A stretch of DNA of 64,000 nucleotides from an uncultured Actinomycetota bacterium (GTDB lineage: Bacteria; Actinomycetota; Actinomycetes; JAHEKZ01), in assembly GCA_963743915.1 (NCBI GenBank), contig CAVURN010000003.1, forward strand, positions 543,631 through 607,630. The letters are read 5' to 3'. How positions within the stretch are numbered: position 1 is the first letter of the stretch; each line of letters begins with the position of its first letter. The position numbers and the translations under genes were made by a program. The notes beneath the pieces were generated by a model. The model had not been told where the DNA came from. It worked only from the letters and a program-made list of their open reading frames with translations, and did no database searches. Below, piece by piece: positions 21,954-33,365 of this stretch.

Positions 21954-22940
21954 CTACAGACCAGCCGCGGACTTGGCGTCGGCCAGCTCGGACTCCAGCG
22001 TGCTCTTCTGGTCGTCGCTCAGCGGGATGTACTGGGCGGCCTCGGCGATCGCGTCGTCGTTCTCGACGTAGTAGTCGAGGAACGCCACGAAGGCCTCGTT
22101 GTCGCTCAGGCTGGCGATCGCCGGGTAGATGAAGAGCGGGCGACCCAGCGGGGTGTACGACCCGTCCTGCACCGTCTCGGCGCTCGGTGCCACACAGCCG
22201 GAGCCGCTGTCGATCTCGACGGCCTTCAGCGTGTCGGCGTTCTCCTCGTAGTAGGTGTAGCCGAGGTAGCCCAGGCCACCCTCGCCGCCGGCCACACCCT
22301 GGACGATGATGTTGTCGTCCTCGCTCGGGGTGTAGTCGGCACGGCTGGCGCCCTCTTCACCGTTGATCTCGTCGGTGAAGTAGTCGAAGGTGCCCGAGTC
22401 GGTGCCGGGGCCGTACAGGTCGAGGTCCACGTCAGGGAACGACGGGTCGACCTGGTTCCAGTTGGTGATCTTCTTCTCGGCCTTCGGCTCCCAGATCAGC
22501 TTCAGCTGGTCGGTGGTGAGGCAGGTGGCCCAGTCGTTGCTGGTCGGCACGATGACCGTCAGCGCGTCGTTGGCGACGACCATCTCCTGGTACTCGATGC
22601 CGTTCTCCTCGCAGATCGGCACCTCGTCCTCGTCGCTGATGGGGCGGGAGGCGTTGCTGAGGTCGGTCTCACCGGCGCAGAACTTCTCGAAGCCGCCACC
22701 GGTGCCGGACTCACCCACGGTGATCCGGACGTCGGGGTTCTCTTCGTTGAAGAACTCGCTGGCGGCCGCGGTGAGCGGGCCGACGGTGCTCGAGCCGTCG
22801 GCGGTGATCGTGCCGGAGAGGCCGCCGTCCGTACCGCCGCCGTCCTCGTTGTTGTCGCCGCCGCAGGCGGCCAGGGTCAGGGCGAGGGCCGCGACCGTCG
22901 CCGCCGGGGCAGCTGCCCGGCGCAGGGTGGTGCGCTTCAC
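21954..22940 (-). CDS. pstS: Phosphate ABC transporter substrate-binding lipoprotein
   Basis: Lipobox LAACG; DGSSTV, SGTGGG and DSGTFDYF motifs. Confidence 0.95.
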   Translation of the reverse strand: MKRTTLRRAAAPAATVAALALTLAACGGDNNEDGGGTDGGLSGTITADGSSTVGPLTAAASEFFNEENPDVRITVGESGTGGGFEKFCAGETDLSNASRPISDEDEVPICEENGIEYQEMVVANDALTVIVPTSNDWATCLTTDQLKLIWEPKAEKKITNWNQVDPSFPDVDLDLYGPGTDSGTFDYFTDEINGEEGASRADYTPSEDDNIIVQGVAGGEGGLGYLGYTYYEENADTLKAVEIDSGSGCVAPSAETVQDGSYTPLGRPLFIYPAIASLSDNEAFVAFLDYYVENDDAIAEAAQYIPLSDDQKSTLESELADAKSAAGL

Positions 22941-23078
22941 GTGTAGGACCTTCCAGTCGATGTGAACTGTCGCGGCGACGCTAGGGATGCGCGGTGACCG
23001 GTTGCGGACGTCTCGGTGAACGGGTCGTGGCCCACCGGTGCCGAGTCTGGAAAAGGTCGGTGGACGGGCTGCGGCCGT

Positions 23079-23098
23079 CAGGTGAACGGAAGGTGAAT
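23079..23098 (-). promoter_or_regulatory. PHO box upstream of pstS
   Basis: Minus strand reads ATTCACC-TTCC-GTTCACC; extra GTTCACC half-sites at 23015 and 23111. Confidence 0.78.
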
Positions 23099-23149
23099 TC
23101 AGGCTTCCCGGGTGAACCGCTGGGCCGTGGACACCTCAGACCGCGTCGG

Positions 23150-24100
23150 GGAGCATCAACCAGGTGATGCGAGAGACCGTGTCGACCGAAGGGCTCCCCA
23201 GCGATTCTCTCCTGTGCCTCCCTGACACTGGACGGCTGTTCGTGGGGGGATTGTCGCCCTGCACGGCTCGTCGCTGCCCCAGCGCGACCAGCCAATCTTC
23301 CATCACCTGGCGCAGACACTGACGCCGCTCGGCTACGTCGTCATCGACGTTCGACCGACGATCGGCGGCCGAGGCGAAGACACGCCGTTGGACGTCCAAG
23401 CGCGCGACGCACGACAAGCGGTGCGCGACTTGAAGGATCGGATCAATGCACCCGTGGGGCTCTTCGGGTTCAGCCAAGGGGCGTGGTCGGCGGCTCTGGC
23501 CGCGTCCGAGGACGACACGCGTGGCCTTCTTGGTGCTGGTCGGGTGTTCTGGCGTGAGTCCTGCCGACCAGATGAGGTTCTACGGTGACGAGCTGCTGCG
23601 CCGCGGCGGATTACGACTCGACTGCTCGGGCTGCCCAGCTGCGGCTACGCATCGCGATTGAGGACTGCTCTTCGCGGCACGGGAACCAGGGAGGAAGCAC
23701 AGGCCCTCCTGGAGGAGTCACGCGACGAATCGTGGTTCCGCGTGGCTTTCGAGAGTGCGGACCTGCCCTCGTCCTGAGGATCGATGGCACGACATGGACT
23801 ACGACCCGGCGCCATCGTTCACCCGCGTGACCGTCCCGACGCTGCTGCTGTACGGCGCGGACGAGGAGTGTGTGCCGGCCGAAGCCAGCAAAGAGATCTG
23901 GTCACGCGCGTCGCAGGCGTCGGGGAACCGAGACATCACGATGCTGGACATTCAGGACTGCGGGCACTTCCCGGCGGCAGGCGAAAGTGCCGCATCCCTG
24001 GAGGTTCCCGCTGTCGGCCTTCAGCCCCGCCTACACGGCGGCGCTGCACACGTGGTTCGAGGTCCTTGACGTGTCGGCGAAGACGCGACTCGCAGACCGC
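23150..24100 (+). pseudogene. Multiply frameshifted alpha/beta hydrolase
   Basis: Fragments GLFGFSQGAW, VSPADQM, MDYDPAP..VTVPTLLLYGADEECVP and CGHFP spread over several frames; boundaries approximate. Confidence 0.65.
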
Positions 24101-24114
24101 CTCTGTCACCGGCG

Positions 24115-25053
24115 TCAGCGGGTGTGGAGCTCGAGGGCGAGGGCCTGCAGCCGCTCACCAGCACCGGCCGCGCCGGGGTCGGCGTGGACGTGCAGCACGA
24201 TCAGGGACGCCGTGGGCACGGTGTCCGGCAGCGGCAGGTCCCACGGGTCGGCGGTGGGGGACGCCGGACAGAGGCCGACCAGGTGGTCGACGAGGGCGGG
24301 CAGGTACGGACGGTGGCCGCACAGAGCCGTGGGCTCATCGCTGCGGGCCGCGTCGGCCAGCAGTTCGGCGGCCCGCTCCAGGGCGGCCTCCGGGGCTTCG
24401 TCGAAGCCCGCCTCGGTCAGCGCCGGCTCGGCGGCCAGTGGCACTCCCGCCGTCAGCGAGTAGGGCCGGACGGTGTCGGAGCAACGGCGAGCAGCCGAGG
24501 AGTGCAGCCGGGTGACGCCGTACGCGGCGAGCGCGCGGACGAGCACCTCGGCCTGCTCGACCCCGGCAGCGTCGAGGGGTCGGTCGACGTCCTGCCCGGT
24601 CCAGTCCGAGCGCTTGACGGCGTGCCCGTGCCGCAGGAGGACGAACGGGGTGCCGGCCGGCTCTGAGGCCAGCTTCACCAGGGACGCGTCGTCGACGTGC
24701 GTCACCAGGGCGGCGGCATCGTCGACGCTGAGCCAGCGGATCTCGTCCACCTCGTCGTGCGGGGTGAACGTTCCTTCGGCCAGCACCTCGGCACGCCAGT
24801 AGTGGACGACCTTGCGCTCGCCGTCCACGAGGTACCGACGCTCGGGCAGCGGCCGGCGCAGGGCGACGTGGCAGCCGGTCTCCTCCAGCACCTCGCGGAC
24901 CGCGGTGCACGTGATGTGCTCCCCGGCGTCCACCTTGCCCTTGGGCAGCGACCAGTCGTCGTACCGCGGTCGGTGGACGAGCAGCACCTCGAGGCCGCGC
25001 GACCCCTGCCGGGTGACCAGGCATCCGGCGGCGACGATCGGGTCGCGGCTCAC
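24115..25053 (-). CDS. mutT1: NUDIX hydrolase with C-terminal histidine-phosphatase domain (MutT1-like)
   Basis: HRPRYDDWSLPKGK..AVREVLEETG Nudix box and LLRHG motif. Confidence 0.88.
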   Translation of the reverse strand: MSRDPIVAAGCLVTRQGSRGLEVLLVHRPRYDDWSLPKGKVDAGEHITCTAVREVLEETGCHVALRRPLPERRYLVDGERKVVHYWRAEVLAEGTFTPHDEVDEIRWLSVDDAAALVTHVDDASLVKLASEPAGTPFVLLRHGHAVKRSDWTGQDVDRPLDAAGVEQAEVLVRALAAYGVTRLHSSAARRCSDTVRPYSLTAGVPLAAEPALTEAGFDEAPEAALERAAELLADAARSDEPTALCGHRPYLPALVDHLVGLCPASPTADPWDLPLPDTVPTASLIVLHVHADPGAAGAGERLQALALELHTR

Positions 25054-26626
25054 GACTTGGCCGCCATCCAGGTGCGCCACTCGGGGGCTGAGATCCGCGG
25101 CCAGGCCTCGACGAACTCGTGGCGCAGCGCCGCCACCTCGGCGCGCTGCTGGGCGTAGAGCACTCCGAGCGCGAACGGTGCACGCGCCCCGCGCGTCGTC
25201 AGCGCCAGCTGACGGGCCAGCTCGGCGGCGATCGCGGCGTCCTGGTGCTGCCCGAGCATCTCGGTCACCTGCTCGAGCTGCCGGGCCAGCTTCTTCGCCG
25301 GGCCGCCGAAGACCGGCACACACGCCTCGACGGTGTAGCGCGCGCGCTTGGCGGTGATGCGGGTGCGGTGCCAGTGGTCGTCGTGGCCCTCGAGCTCGTC
25401 GTGCAGACGCCGGGCCTGCTTCTCGAGGCGTCGCCAGGCGCGGTCGGCGAGCGGTGGCAGCACGGCGGACGCCTTGGGCTCGGCCAGTGCGGTGACGGGC
25501 GTGTCCTCGACCGCGTCGTGGAGGGCGTCGACCAGGGTGAGGTAGCGGTCGGAGGCCATCGCCTCGTCGATGCCTGCCTGCGCCTCGACCAGCTCGGCGT
25601 CGAGGTGACGTCGAACCGCGACGAGTGCCGCGGCGCCGTCGACGTCCGAGGGCAACATCCGAAGCGCGTCGGTGAGCCGCTCCTCGAGCACCTCGCGGTC
25701 GCGTGCCTGCGACAGCACGGAGGCGATCCAGCCGAGCTCCGCGCGCAGCGAGCGCGCCCACACCTCGTCGACCAGCGGCTCGAACGCCTGCAGCACGCTG
25801 CGCAGGCGGCGGGCGGCGACCCGGTACTGGTGCACGGCGTCGGGACGGCCGCGACGGACGCGGAGGTCCTGAGTGATGATCGCGTCGACCTGGGTGCGCA
25901 CGTGGTGGCGCACGGCGTCCGCGGCGGGCTGCTTGGGGCGCGGTCGCGCGCCGATCTCGACGAGCGGGGGCAGCGTGGTGTCGCCGACCATCGCTCGCAC
26001 CCCCTTGCTCACCGCCGCGGACGGAGCGGCGCCGGCGGTGACGAGTGCGTCGACCGCGACCGCGAGCAGGGCCGGGGCGGACTTGACCTCGACCTCGAGC
26101 TCTCGGTACCGCAGCGCCGGTCTGCGGCCCACCGACCACGCTCACCTCGTCGTCGACGACCTCGACGCCCACGCTGCCGTCGTCCGCCATCACCCACCAG
26201 GGGATGCGGCGGGTCTGCTGCGTCGCCTGCACCTCGAGCGGGGAGCTGCCGGTGACGCCGTACACGAGGGTCGCCAGCGCCGAGGGGACGCGGCCCGGCC
26301 CTCCGGCCGACAGCGGGAGCTGGATCTCCTCGCGCGCGTCCGGGTCGAGAGGGTCCGGGGGCAGCTTCAGGTGCCAGCCGGAGTCACCCACCGGTGCGCC
26401 GCCGCAGGGTGATCCGGGCGCGGGCGAGCCGGTGGTCAGCGGTGTCGTAGTAGACCGCGGTGAGCTTCAGGGCGCGCTGGCGCACCACAGGGCCGACGTG
26501 CTGGAGCGCCGCGACGATCTCGGCGTCTCCGAACGACTGCGGCACGGTGAGCTTGCGCTCGACCTCGGACGTGACGTCCGGCGTCCCGTCCGGGAGGTCA
26601 ACCTGCTGCTGTGACACGGCCTGCAC
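25050..26626 (-). CDS. CYTH and CHAD domain protein (frameshifts near 26390 and 26120)
   Basis: EVERK, YYDT.D.RL, GWHLKLP, ELEVE (CYTH); VHQYRVAARRLRS, H..RI.AKRARY, LGQHQD (CHAD). Confidence 0.88.
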
Positions 26627-26632
26627 CTGGCG

Positions 26633-28733
26633 CTACCGGAGCGGGACGCGTCGGGACTGGCGTTTGCGCGCGATGAGCTCGGCCTGCAGGTCACCCAGCG
26701 GCTCACCGTCGGCGTCGCGGCTGACCTGCTGCCAGCTGCCGTCGGCGTGCAGGTGCCACGACGCGATGTTCTCGTCGAACGACAGGTCGAGCAGGGCACC
26801 GAGCTCGGTGACGTGGTGCGCGCCGGTGATGCTGACGAGCGCCTCGACGCGGCGGTCCAGGTTGCGGTGCATGAGGTCGGCGCTGCCGATCCACACGCTC
26901 GGCTCGCCGTCGTTCTCGAACCAGTAGATGCGCGAGTGCTCGAGGAAGCGCCCGAGGATGCTGCGCACCCGGATGTTCTCCGACAGTCCGGGCACGCCGG
27001 CCCGGATGGCGCAGATGCCGCGCACGAGGACGTCCACCGGGACGCCTGCCTGCGAGGCGCGGTAGAGCGCGTCGATGATCCGCTCGTCGACGATCGAGTT
27101 CACCTTGAAGCGGATCGCTGCCTTGCGCCCGGAGCGTTGGTTCTCGATCTCGCGCTCGATGCGCTCGACGAGTCCGGAGCGCACCGAGTGCGGCGCCACC
27201 ATCAGGCGCTGGTAGTCGGTGGTCAGTGAGTACCCGGTCAGCACGTTGAAGAGCTTGCTGACGTCGTCACCGACGGCGGCGTCCGACGTCAGCAGGCCGA
27301 GGTCCTCGTACAGGCGAGCGGTCTTGGGGTGGTAGTTGCCGGTGCCGATGTGCGTGTACCGGCGCAGGACGCCGTCCTCGTCCTGCCGCACCACCATCGA
27401 CAGCTTGCTGTGTGTCTTCAGCCCGACGACGCCGTACACCACGTGGCAGCCCGCCTGCTCCAGCTTGCGGGCCCACTGGATGTTCGCCTCCTCGTCGAAG
27501 CGCGCCTTGATCTCGACGAGCACGAGCACCTGCTTGCCGGCCTCGGCTGCCTGGATGAGCGCGTGGACGATCGGCGAGTCACCGCTGGTGCGGTAGAGCG
27601 TCTGCTTGATGGCCAGGACGTTGGGATCCTCGGCCGCCTCCTCGAGGAACGCCTGCACGCTGGTCGAGAACGAGTCGTACGGGTGGTGCAGCAGGACGTC
27701 GCGGTGGCGCATGACCTCGAGCACCTCAGGTGCCTGGCTCGTCTCGACCTCGCTCAGCTCGGTGGACGTCATGGGCACGAAGGGCGGGTACTGCAGGTCG
27801 GGTCGGTCGAGCGCGGCGATGCCGAAGAGCCCGGTGAGGTCGAGCGGCCACGGGACGGTGACCACCTCTTCGCGGGCGATGTCGAGCTCTTCGACGAGCA
27901 GCTCGAGCACGTGCGGGTCGATGGTCTCCTCGACCTCGAGCCGCACCGGCGAGCCGAAGCGCCGGCGGGAGAGCTCGCGCTCGAGCGCCTTCAGCAGGTT
28001 CTCCGACTCGTCCTCCTCGACCTCGACGTCCTCGTTGCGGGTGACGCGGAAGGTGTGGCGCTGGAGGATCTCCATGCCGGGGAACAGACGATCGAGGTGC
28101 GCGGCGATGACGTCCTCGAGCGGGACGAACCGGTCGCCCTCGAGCGGGACGAAGCGCGGCAGCGTCGGTGGCACCTTGACCCTGGCGAAGTGCTCCTGCC
28201 CCGTCGCCGGGTTGCGCACCACGACGGCGAGGTTGAGCGACAGGCCGGAGATGTACGGGAACGGGTGGGCAGGGTCGACGGCCAGCGGCGTCAGGACGGC
28301 AAAGATCTGCTCGTCGAACCACCCCGTCATGGCCTTCTGCTCGTCGACGTCGAGGTCGCGCCAGCGCAGGATCTCGATGCCGGCCTCGCTCAGCTCGGGA
28401 GAGAGGCTGCGGTAGGCCTGCGCGTGCTGCGTCATGAGCTCGCGGGTCCGCTCGTGGACCCGCTTCATCAGCTCGCGCGGCGTGAGCCCGCTGGCCGCTC
28501 GCACCGCGATGCCCGCCGCCATGCGGCGCTTCAGGCCGGCCACCCGGACCATGTAGAACTCGTCGAGGTTGCTGGCGAAGATCGCCAGGAACTTGGCGCG
28601 CTCCAGCGTGCGGGACGGTCGTGTCCTCGGCGAGCTCGAGCACGCGCTGGTTGAAGGCGAGCCACGACAGCTCCCGGTCGGAGAACCGGTCGGCAGGCAG
28701 CGGCTCGTCAGGCGCGGCAACGGCCTCGCTCAC
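26633..28733 (-). CDS. ppk1: Polyphosphate kinase 1 (frameshift near 28615)
   Basis: [62 protein letters not shown]. Confidence 0.97.
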
Positions 28734-28842
28734 AGAGGACCCCTCTCATCAGGTGCCTCCATGGTGACAGCAGCGGGGGCATCGGTCATCCGGACCAAGG
28801 TCCCCATCACCCGTCCGGTGGTGACGGCGCGGTGCGCCCGGC

Positions 28843-29835
28843 TCAGGCGGGGGACCGGAACTGGACGTCGGAGTCCCAGTGGGTGAACCCGAGCCGCTCG
28901 TAGGCGGTGATGGCCCGCCGGTTGTCCGCGTCCACGTACAGCATCACCTCGAGCAGGCCCCTGCTGCGCAGGTGGTGCAGGCCGGTGAGGATCAGGGCAC
29001 GCCCGAGCCCGGTCCCCTGCTCGGAGGGGTGGACGCCGACCACGTACACCTCGCCGATCAGCTCGTGTCCGTGGTGGTGGGGCTCGGTGCCGTCGGCGTG
29101 GCTGTGCCCGTGCTCGTGGTCGCCCCCGTGGACCTTCGTCCAGTGGTAGCCCACGAGGCTCCCGTCGCGCTCGGCCAGGAAGAACCCGGCGCGGTCGAAC
29201 CAGGGTTCGGCCATCCGCCGGTGCAGGTCCTCGCGCGTCAGCGACCCCTGCTCCGGGTGGTCGGCGAACACCAGCGCGTTGAGGGCGACCCACGCGTCGT
29301 CGTCAGCGCCCGGGACGAAGGTGCGCAGGCTGACGCCGGGGGGCACCTTCGGTGTGGGCAGCGGCGCCGAGAGCGAGCGGCGCAGCTGCAGCAGCTCCCG
29401 CACCTTGCGGAATCCCAGGCTCTTCGCGAGACCGACCGCCGAAGGGTTCTCGCCGTGGGCCCACAGGCGCAGCCGTCCGTCCGGTGTCTCGGTGCGGGCG
29501 GTGGCGACGAGTCGCCGCCCCACACCGCGTCGCCGCCACGAGGGGTCGACGACGACCTCGGCGCTCGACCCCGCCACCGTGTCCGTGACATCGAGGTGCG
29601 CGTAGCCGGCCAGCTGCGGATGATCGCCGCGCGCCGGACCGTGGACGAGGATGTGCCGGATGCCGACGTCGCCGCCGTGGCGCAGGTGCAGCGTCGAGTG
29701 CTCCGACAGCGGCCGGACGCCGTCGGCCTCGGTGGCCCGCTCGGCGAGCAGGGCGACGGCTGCGGTCTCGTCTGCGTCGAGCCGGGTGAGCACCTCGACG
29801 AAGAAGCCGTCAGGCTCGCTGCTCTCGGCGCTCAT
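28843..29835 (-). CDS. mshD: Mycothiol synthase (tandem GNAT)
   Basis: [22 protein letters not shown] and LYVDADN motifs; synteny. Confidence 0.93.
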   Translation of the reverse strand: MSAESSEPDGFFVEVLTRLDADETAAVALLAERATEADGVRPLSEHSTLHLRHGGDVGIRHILVHGPARGDHPQLAGYAHLDVTDTVAGSSAEVVVDPSWRRRGVGRRLVATARTETPDGRLRLWAHGENPSAVGLAKSLGFRKVRELLQLRRSLSAPLPTPKVPPGVSLRTFVPGADDDAWVALNALVFADHPEQGSLTREDLHRRMAEPWFDRAGFFLAERDGSLVGYHWTKVHGGDHEHGHSHADGTEPHHHGHELIGEVYVVGVHPSEQGTGLGRALILTGLHHLRSRGLLEVMLYVDADNRRAITAYERLGFTHWDSDVQFRSPA

Positions 29836-29863
29836 GCGTGCAGCCTAGGCCGCGGCGTCCGCC

Positions 29864-30539
29864 TCAGGACGACGCGCTGACGAAGCGGTAGCCGACGTTG
29901 CGGACGGTGCCGATCAGCTGCTCGTACTCGCCGCCGAGCTTGGCGCGCAGGCGTCGCACGTGGACGTCGACCGTGCGCGTGCCGCCGAAGTAGTCGTAGC
30001 CCCAGACCTCCTGCAGCAGCTGTGCCCCGCGTGAACACCCGTCCCGGGTGCTGGGCCAGGAACTTCAGCAGCTCGAACTCCTTGTAGGTCAGGTCGAGCA
30101 CGTTGCCGCGGAGCTTGGCGGTGTACGTCGCCTCGTCGATCACGAGGTCGCCGTTGCTGATCAGCGGCTGGTCACCGTCGTTCGTGGCTGCGAGCCGCTC
30201 AGTGGCGAGGCGCAGCCGCGCGTCCACCTCGGCCGGGCCCGCGGTGGCGAGCACCACGTCGTCGACGCCCCACTCGGCGGTGACGGCGGTGAGTCCGCCC
30301 TCGGTGGTGACCAGGATCAGCGGCACGGTGACGCCGGTGGTGCGGATCAGCCGGCAGAGCGAGCGGACCCGTGGCAGGTCGCCGCGTCCGTCCACGAGCA
30401 GGGCGTCGGCCGGTCCGGAGTCGAGCAGCGCGGCGGCCTCGGCCGGCAGCACGCGCACCTGGTGGGGAAGCAGCTCGAGGGCAGGCAGCACCGACTCGGC
30501 GGTGGGACCACCGTGCGTCAGCAGCAGCAGCCGTGCCAC
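29864..30539 (-). CDS. glnR: OmpR-family orphan response regulator, GlnR-like (frameshift near 30025)
   Basis: [46 protein letters not shown]; adjacent to mshD as in other actinomycetes. Confidence 0.82.
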
Positions 30540-30600
30540 GCGTCCTCCTCGCTGTCGCCCCCCTGAGGCTATCGACCCGTGGGGGACGCGGGTGAACGCG

Positions 30601-31437
30601 TCAGGCGCTCACCTTGGCCGGAGCCGCTGCCGCCACCGGACGCCGGATGCTGCGGAGGAAGAGGTACATCGTCGGCACCAGGTAGGCGAACCAGGCGACG
30701 ACCTCGAGCCAGCTGGGCACCGTCCGGACCGCGAAGAGGCCGCGGAAGAGGGCGTACTGCACCGAGTCGGTGGGGAACGCGCCGCTGATGTCGAACGCGA
30801 TGGAGTCCTCACCGAAGAGCAGGCCGGCCTCCTGCAGCTCGTGGATGCCGTAGGTGAAGACGCCGGCCGCGATGATGATCAGGGCGAAGCCGGTCCACTT
30901 GAAGAAGGTGCCGAGGTTGACGCGGAGCGCTCCTCGGTAGATGAGGAGTCCGAGGGCGACCGCCACCACGAGGCCGAGCAGGCCGCCGAGGATGGCCAGC
31001 CAGCCACCACCGGTGGTCTGCAGCGACGACCAGAGGAAGAGCGCGGTCTCGAACCCCTCGCGGGAGACGGCGATGAAGGCCATGGCCGCGACGGCGCCCG
31101 CGCCGGCCGCGGTCGCCTTGTCGAGGTGGGCGTGCAGCTCGCCCTTGAGCGCGCGGGCGTTGCGGGCCATCCAGAAGACCATCCAGGTCACGAAGGCCAC
31201 GGCCAGCAGCGCCATCACGCCCTCGAACGCGGCCTGCGCCGCCTCGGGAAGCCGGTCCGCGGCCAACGCGAGGGCGCCACCGACCGAGAGCGAGAAGACG
31301 GCAGCGGCACCGACGCCCGCCCAGACGTAGCGCACCGAGCTGCCGCGGTCGGTCTTGACCAGGTAGGCGATGAGGATGCTGACGATCAGCGCGGCCTCGA
31401 GGCCCTCGCGAAGCGTGATGAGAAAGGCGGCGAGCAT
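30601..31437 (-). CDS. efeU: Iron permease, FTR1/EfeU family
   Basis: Two REGxE motifs (REGLE, REGFE); multiple TM helices. Confidence 0.9.
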   Translation of the reverse strand: MLAAFLITLREGLEAALIVSILIAYLVKTDRGSSVRYVWAGVGAAAVFSLSVGGALALAADRLPEAAQAAFEGVMALLAVAFVTWMVFWMARNARALKGELHAHLDKATAAGAGAVAAMAFIAVSREGFETALFLWSSLQTTGGGWLAILGGLLGLVVAVALGLLIYRGALRVNLGTFFKWTGFALIIIAAGVFTYGIHELQEAGLLFGEDSIAFDISGAFPTDSVQYALFRGLFAVRTVPSWLEVVAWFAYLVPTMYLFLRSIRRPVAAAAPAKVSA

Positions 31438-31483
31438 GCGGCGGTCCTTCGGGAGGGGCAGCGGGCCGCCCGTGCTGGTGGAG

Positions 31484-31502
31484 TTAGGTAAACCTTACCT
31501 TT
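31484..31502. promoter_or_regulatory. IdeR/DtxR/DmdR iron box
   Basis: TTAGGTAAACCTTACCTTT resembles the 19-bp consensus TTAGGTTAGGCTAACCTAA; directly upstream of the iron permease. Confidence 0.8.
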
Positions 31503-31587
31503 GACAGGTCTCCCGTGCCAAGCCCGTCAGGCGTCGGGGAGAATCGGGGGATCGGGGCGGACCGGTCCGAACGGGAGGCGGGGATCG

Positions 31588-31872
31588 ATGGCGGTGCTGC
31601 GCTACTGGGCCGGTGCCCGGGCTGCGGCGGGTGTCACCGAGGAGCAGGTGGACGCCGCGACGCTGGCGGCCGCCCTCGACGCGGCCCGGGTCGGCCGGGA
31701 CGAACGGTTCGCGCGGGTGCTCTCGGTCTGCGCCTTCGTCATCGACGAGCAGCCGGCGGGGCTGACCCCGCCCGACCAGCTGCCGCTGACCCCTGAGTCA
31801 GTGGTCGACGTGCTGCCGCCCTTCGCGGGCGGAGCCCGCGACATCGGGCTGAGCGCAGCCGGAGCCGGCTAG
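31588..31872 (+). CDS. MoaD/ThiS family sulfur-carrier protein
   Basis: LRYWAGARAAAG N-terminus and VDVLPPFAGG. Confidence 0.88.
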   Translation: MAVLRYWAGARAAAGVTEEQVDAATLAAALDAARVGRDERFARVLSVCAFVIDEQPAGLTPPDQLPLTPESVVDVLPPFAGGARDIGLSAAGAG

Positions 31873-31884
31873 CCGGATTCGGCG

Positions 31885-32661
31885 GTGCGGCATGATCGGC
31901 GGGTGACCGCCGGACTCCACCTGCCCGACTGGCGCGCTCCTGCTGTCGGTGCCGTGGCGTCAGGGGCGCTGCTCGTCGGCGGGATCGCGGACCTGCCCTG
32001 GCTCTGGATCCCGGTGGTCGGCCTGCAGCTGATCGTCGTCGTCACCTGGCACCGCACCGCTGACGCGCCGGCAGCCGCCAGCGGTGCGCTGGTCGGTGCC
32101 GGACTCGCCGCGATCGTCGACGTCGTGGTCGCGACCACCGAGGACGCGCCCAGCCTCGGTCCGGTGGCGGTGGTGCTGGGCGCCGGCTACCTCATCGCTG
32201 TCGCGCAGCAGCTTGTCCGGCGCGACGGCCGGCCCCGGCTCGTCGACTCCATCGCCACCTCGGTCACCCTCGCCACCCTGGCCGCGTTCGGTGCCGCGTG
32301 GGTGGTCCTGGTGCAGCTGCCCGACGGGCCGGACATCGTCGTGGTGCTGGCCGGCGCGTCCGCCGCCGCCGCCGTCGGACGCCTCGCGCCCGGCATGTCA
32401 GGCGCGGCGGTCGCCCCGATGCTGGCAGCGGTGCTCGCCGGATGGGTGCTGGGCATGGCGGTGGACGCCGCCGGACTGGGCGTCGCGCTCGGCGTCGCGG
32501 CGGGTCTGCCGACGGCGCTCGCCGCGCTGCTGCAGGTGCGGCTCGGCACGCAGCTCGGCGACCAGCCCGGCGTGCTGCGGGGGGCCTGGCTCCCCAGCGG
32601 TGCCTGGCCGCTGCTGCTGATCGCTCCGCTCGGGTACTTCGCCGAGCGGCTCCTCGCCTGA
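31885..32661 (+). CDS. Hypothetical multi-pass membrane protein
   Basis: Hydrophobic ORF with QLVRRDGRPRLVDS motif in the syntenic position after moaD. Confidence 0.7.
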   Translation: MRHDRRVTAGLHLPDWRAPAVGAVASGALLVGGIADLPWLWIPVVGLQLIVVVTWHRTADAPAAASGALVGAGLAAIVDVVVATTEDAPSLGPVAVVLGAGYLIAVAQQLVRRDGRPRLVDSIATSVTLATLAAFGAAWVVLVQLPDGPDIVVVLAGASAAAAVGRLAPGMSGAAVAPMLAAVLAGWVLGMAVDAAGLGVALGVAAGLPTALAALLQVRLGTQLGDQPGVLRGAWLPSGAWPLLLIAPLGYFAERLLA

Positions 32662-32698
32662 GGGGAATGACGGTGACCCCCTCAGCGCTGGTGTCGGC

Positions 32699-33142
32699 GT
32701 GAACGACGTCGGGCTCCTCGTGCTGGCCGTCGTCCTGGTCGCGGCCACCGCGTTCGGCGTCTGGCGTCGACGCACCGACGGGCGGCTGCGGGCGACCGAC
32801 CCGGCGGCACCGGAGCGCCCGACCTTCCCGGCGTCCGACCTCGGGATCGCGCTCGGCCCGCGGGCCACGCTGGTGCAGTTCTCCAGCGCCTTCTGCGCGC
32901 CCTGCCGGGCCACCCGTCGGGTGCTGAGCGAGGTCGCCGACATGGTCGACGGCGTGGTCGCGGTCGACGTCGACGCCGAGGCGCATCTGGACCTCGTCCG
33001 CGAGTGGAACGTCCTGCGCACGCCCACGGTCTTCGTGCTCGACGCCGAGGGACGGGTGGCGCAGCGCGCCGCCGGACAGCCCCGCACCGTCGACGTGATC
33101 GCGGCCCTCGGCGCCCTCGGCAGCGGGTCGTCCGCCGAATGA
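32699..33142 (+). CDS. Membrane-anchored thioredoxin family protein (ThiX-like)
   Basis: N-terminal TM; FSSAFCAPC motif; LRTPT. Confidence 0.87.
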   Translation: MNDVGLLVLAVVLVAATAFGVWRRRTDGRLRATDPAAPERPTFPASDLGIALGPRATLVQFSSAFCAPCRATRRVLSEVADMVDGVVAVDVDAEAHLDLVREWNVLRTPTVFVLDAEGRVAQRAAGQPRTVDVIAALGALGSGSSAE

Positions 33143-33206
33143 GACGGTGTCTCACCATGCGGGACGCAGGTGACACCGGCAGGGCGGGGTCCCTAGCCTC
33201 GAGCCC

Positions 33207-33284
33207 ATGACCGGTGACCTCCTGACACGGCGACGCGCAGTCGACCTCTGTCGGGTCTCCGGCTGCCTGTGTTGCGGACGCTGA
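33207..33284 (+). CDS. Cys-rich leader peptide (Ms5788A-type cysteine-sensing attenuator)
   Basis: MTGDLLTRRRAVDLCRVSGCLCCGR immediately upstream of DUF4395-cysA-sseC; too short for the ORF track. Confidence 0.85.
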   Translation: MTGDLLTRRRAVDLCRVSGCLCCGR

Positions 33285-33365
33285 GCACTCTCGCCCGTCC
33301 CCACCCGCGGATCTCCGGCGCCTGAGGCGCCGGTCGCCGCTCCACCACCACCTTCGGAGAACCCG

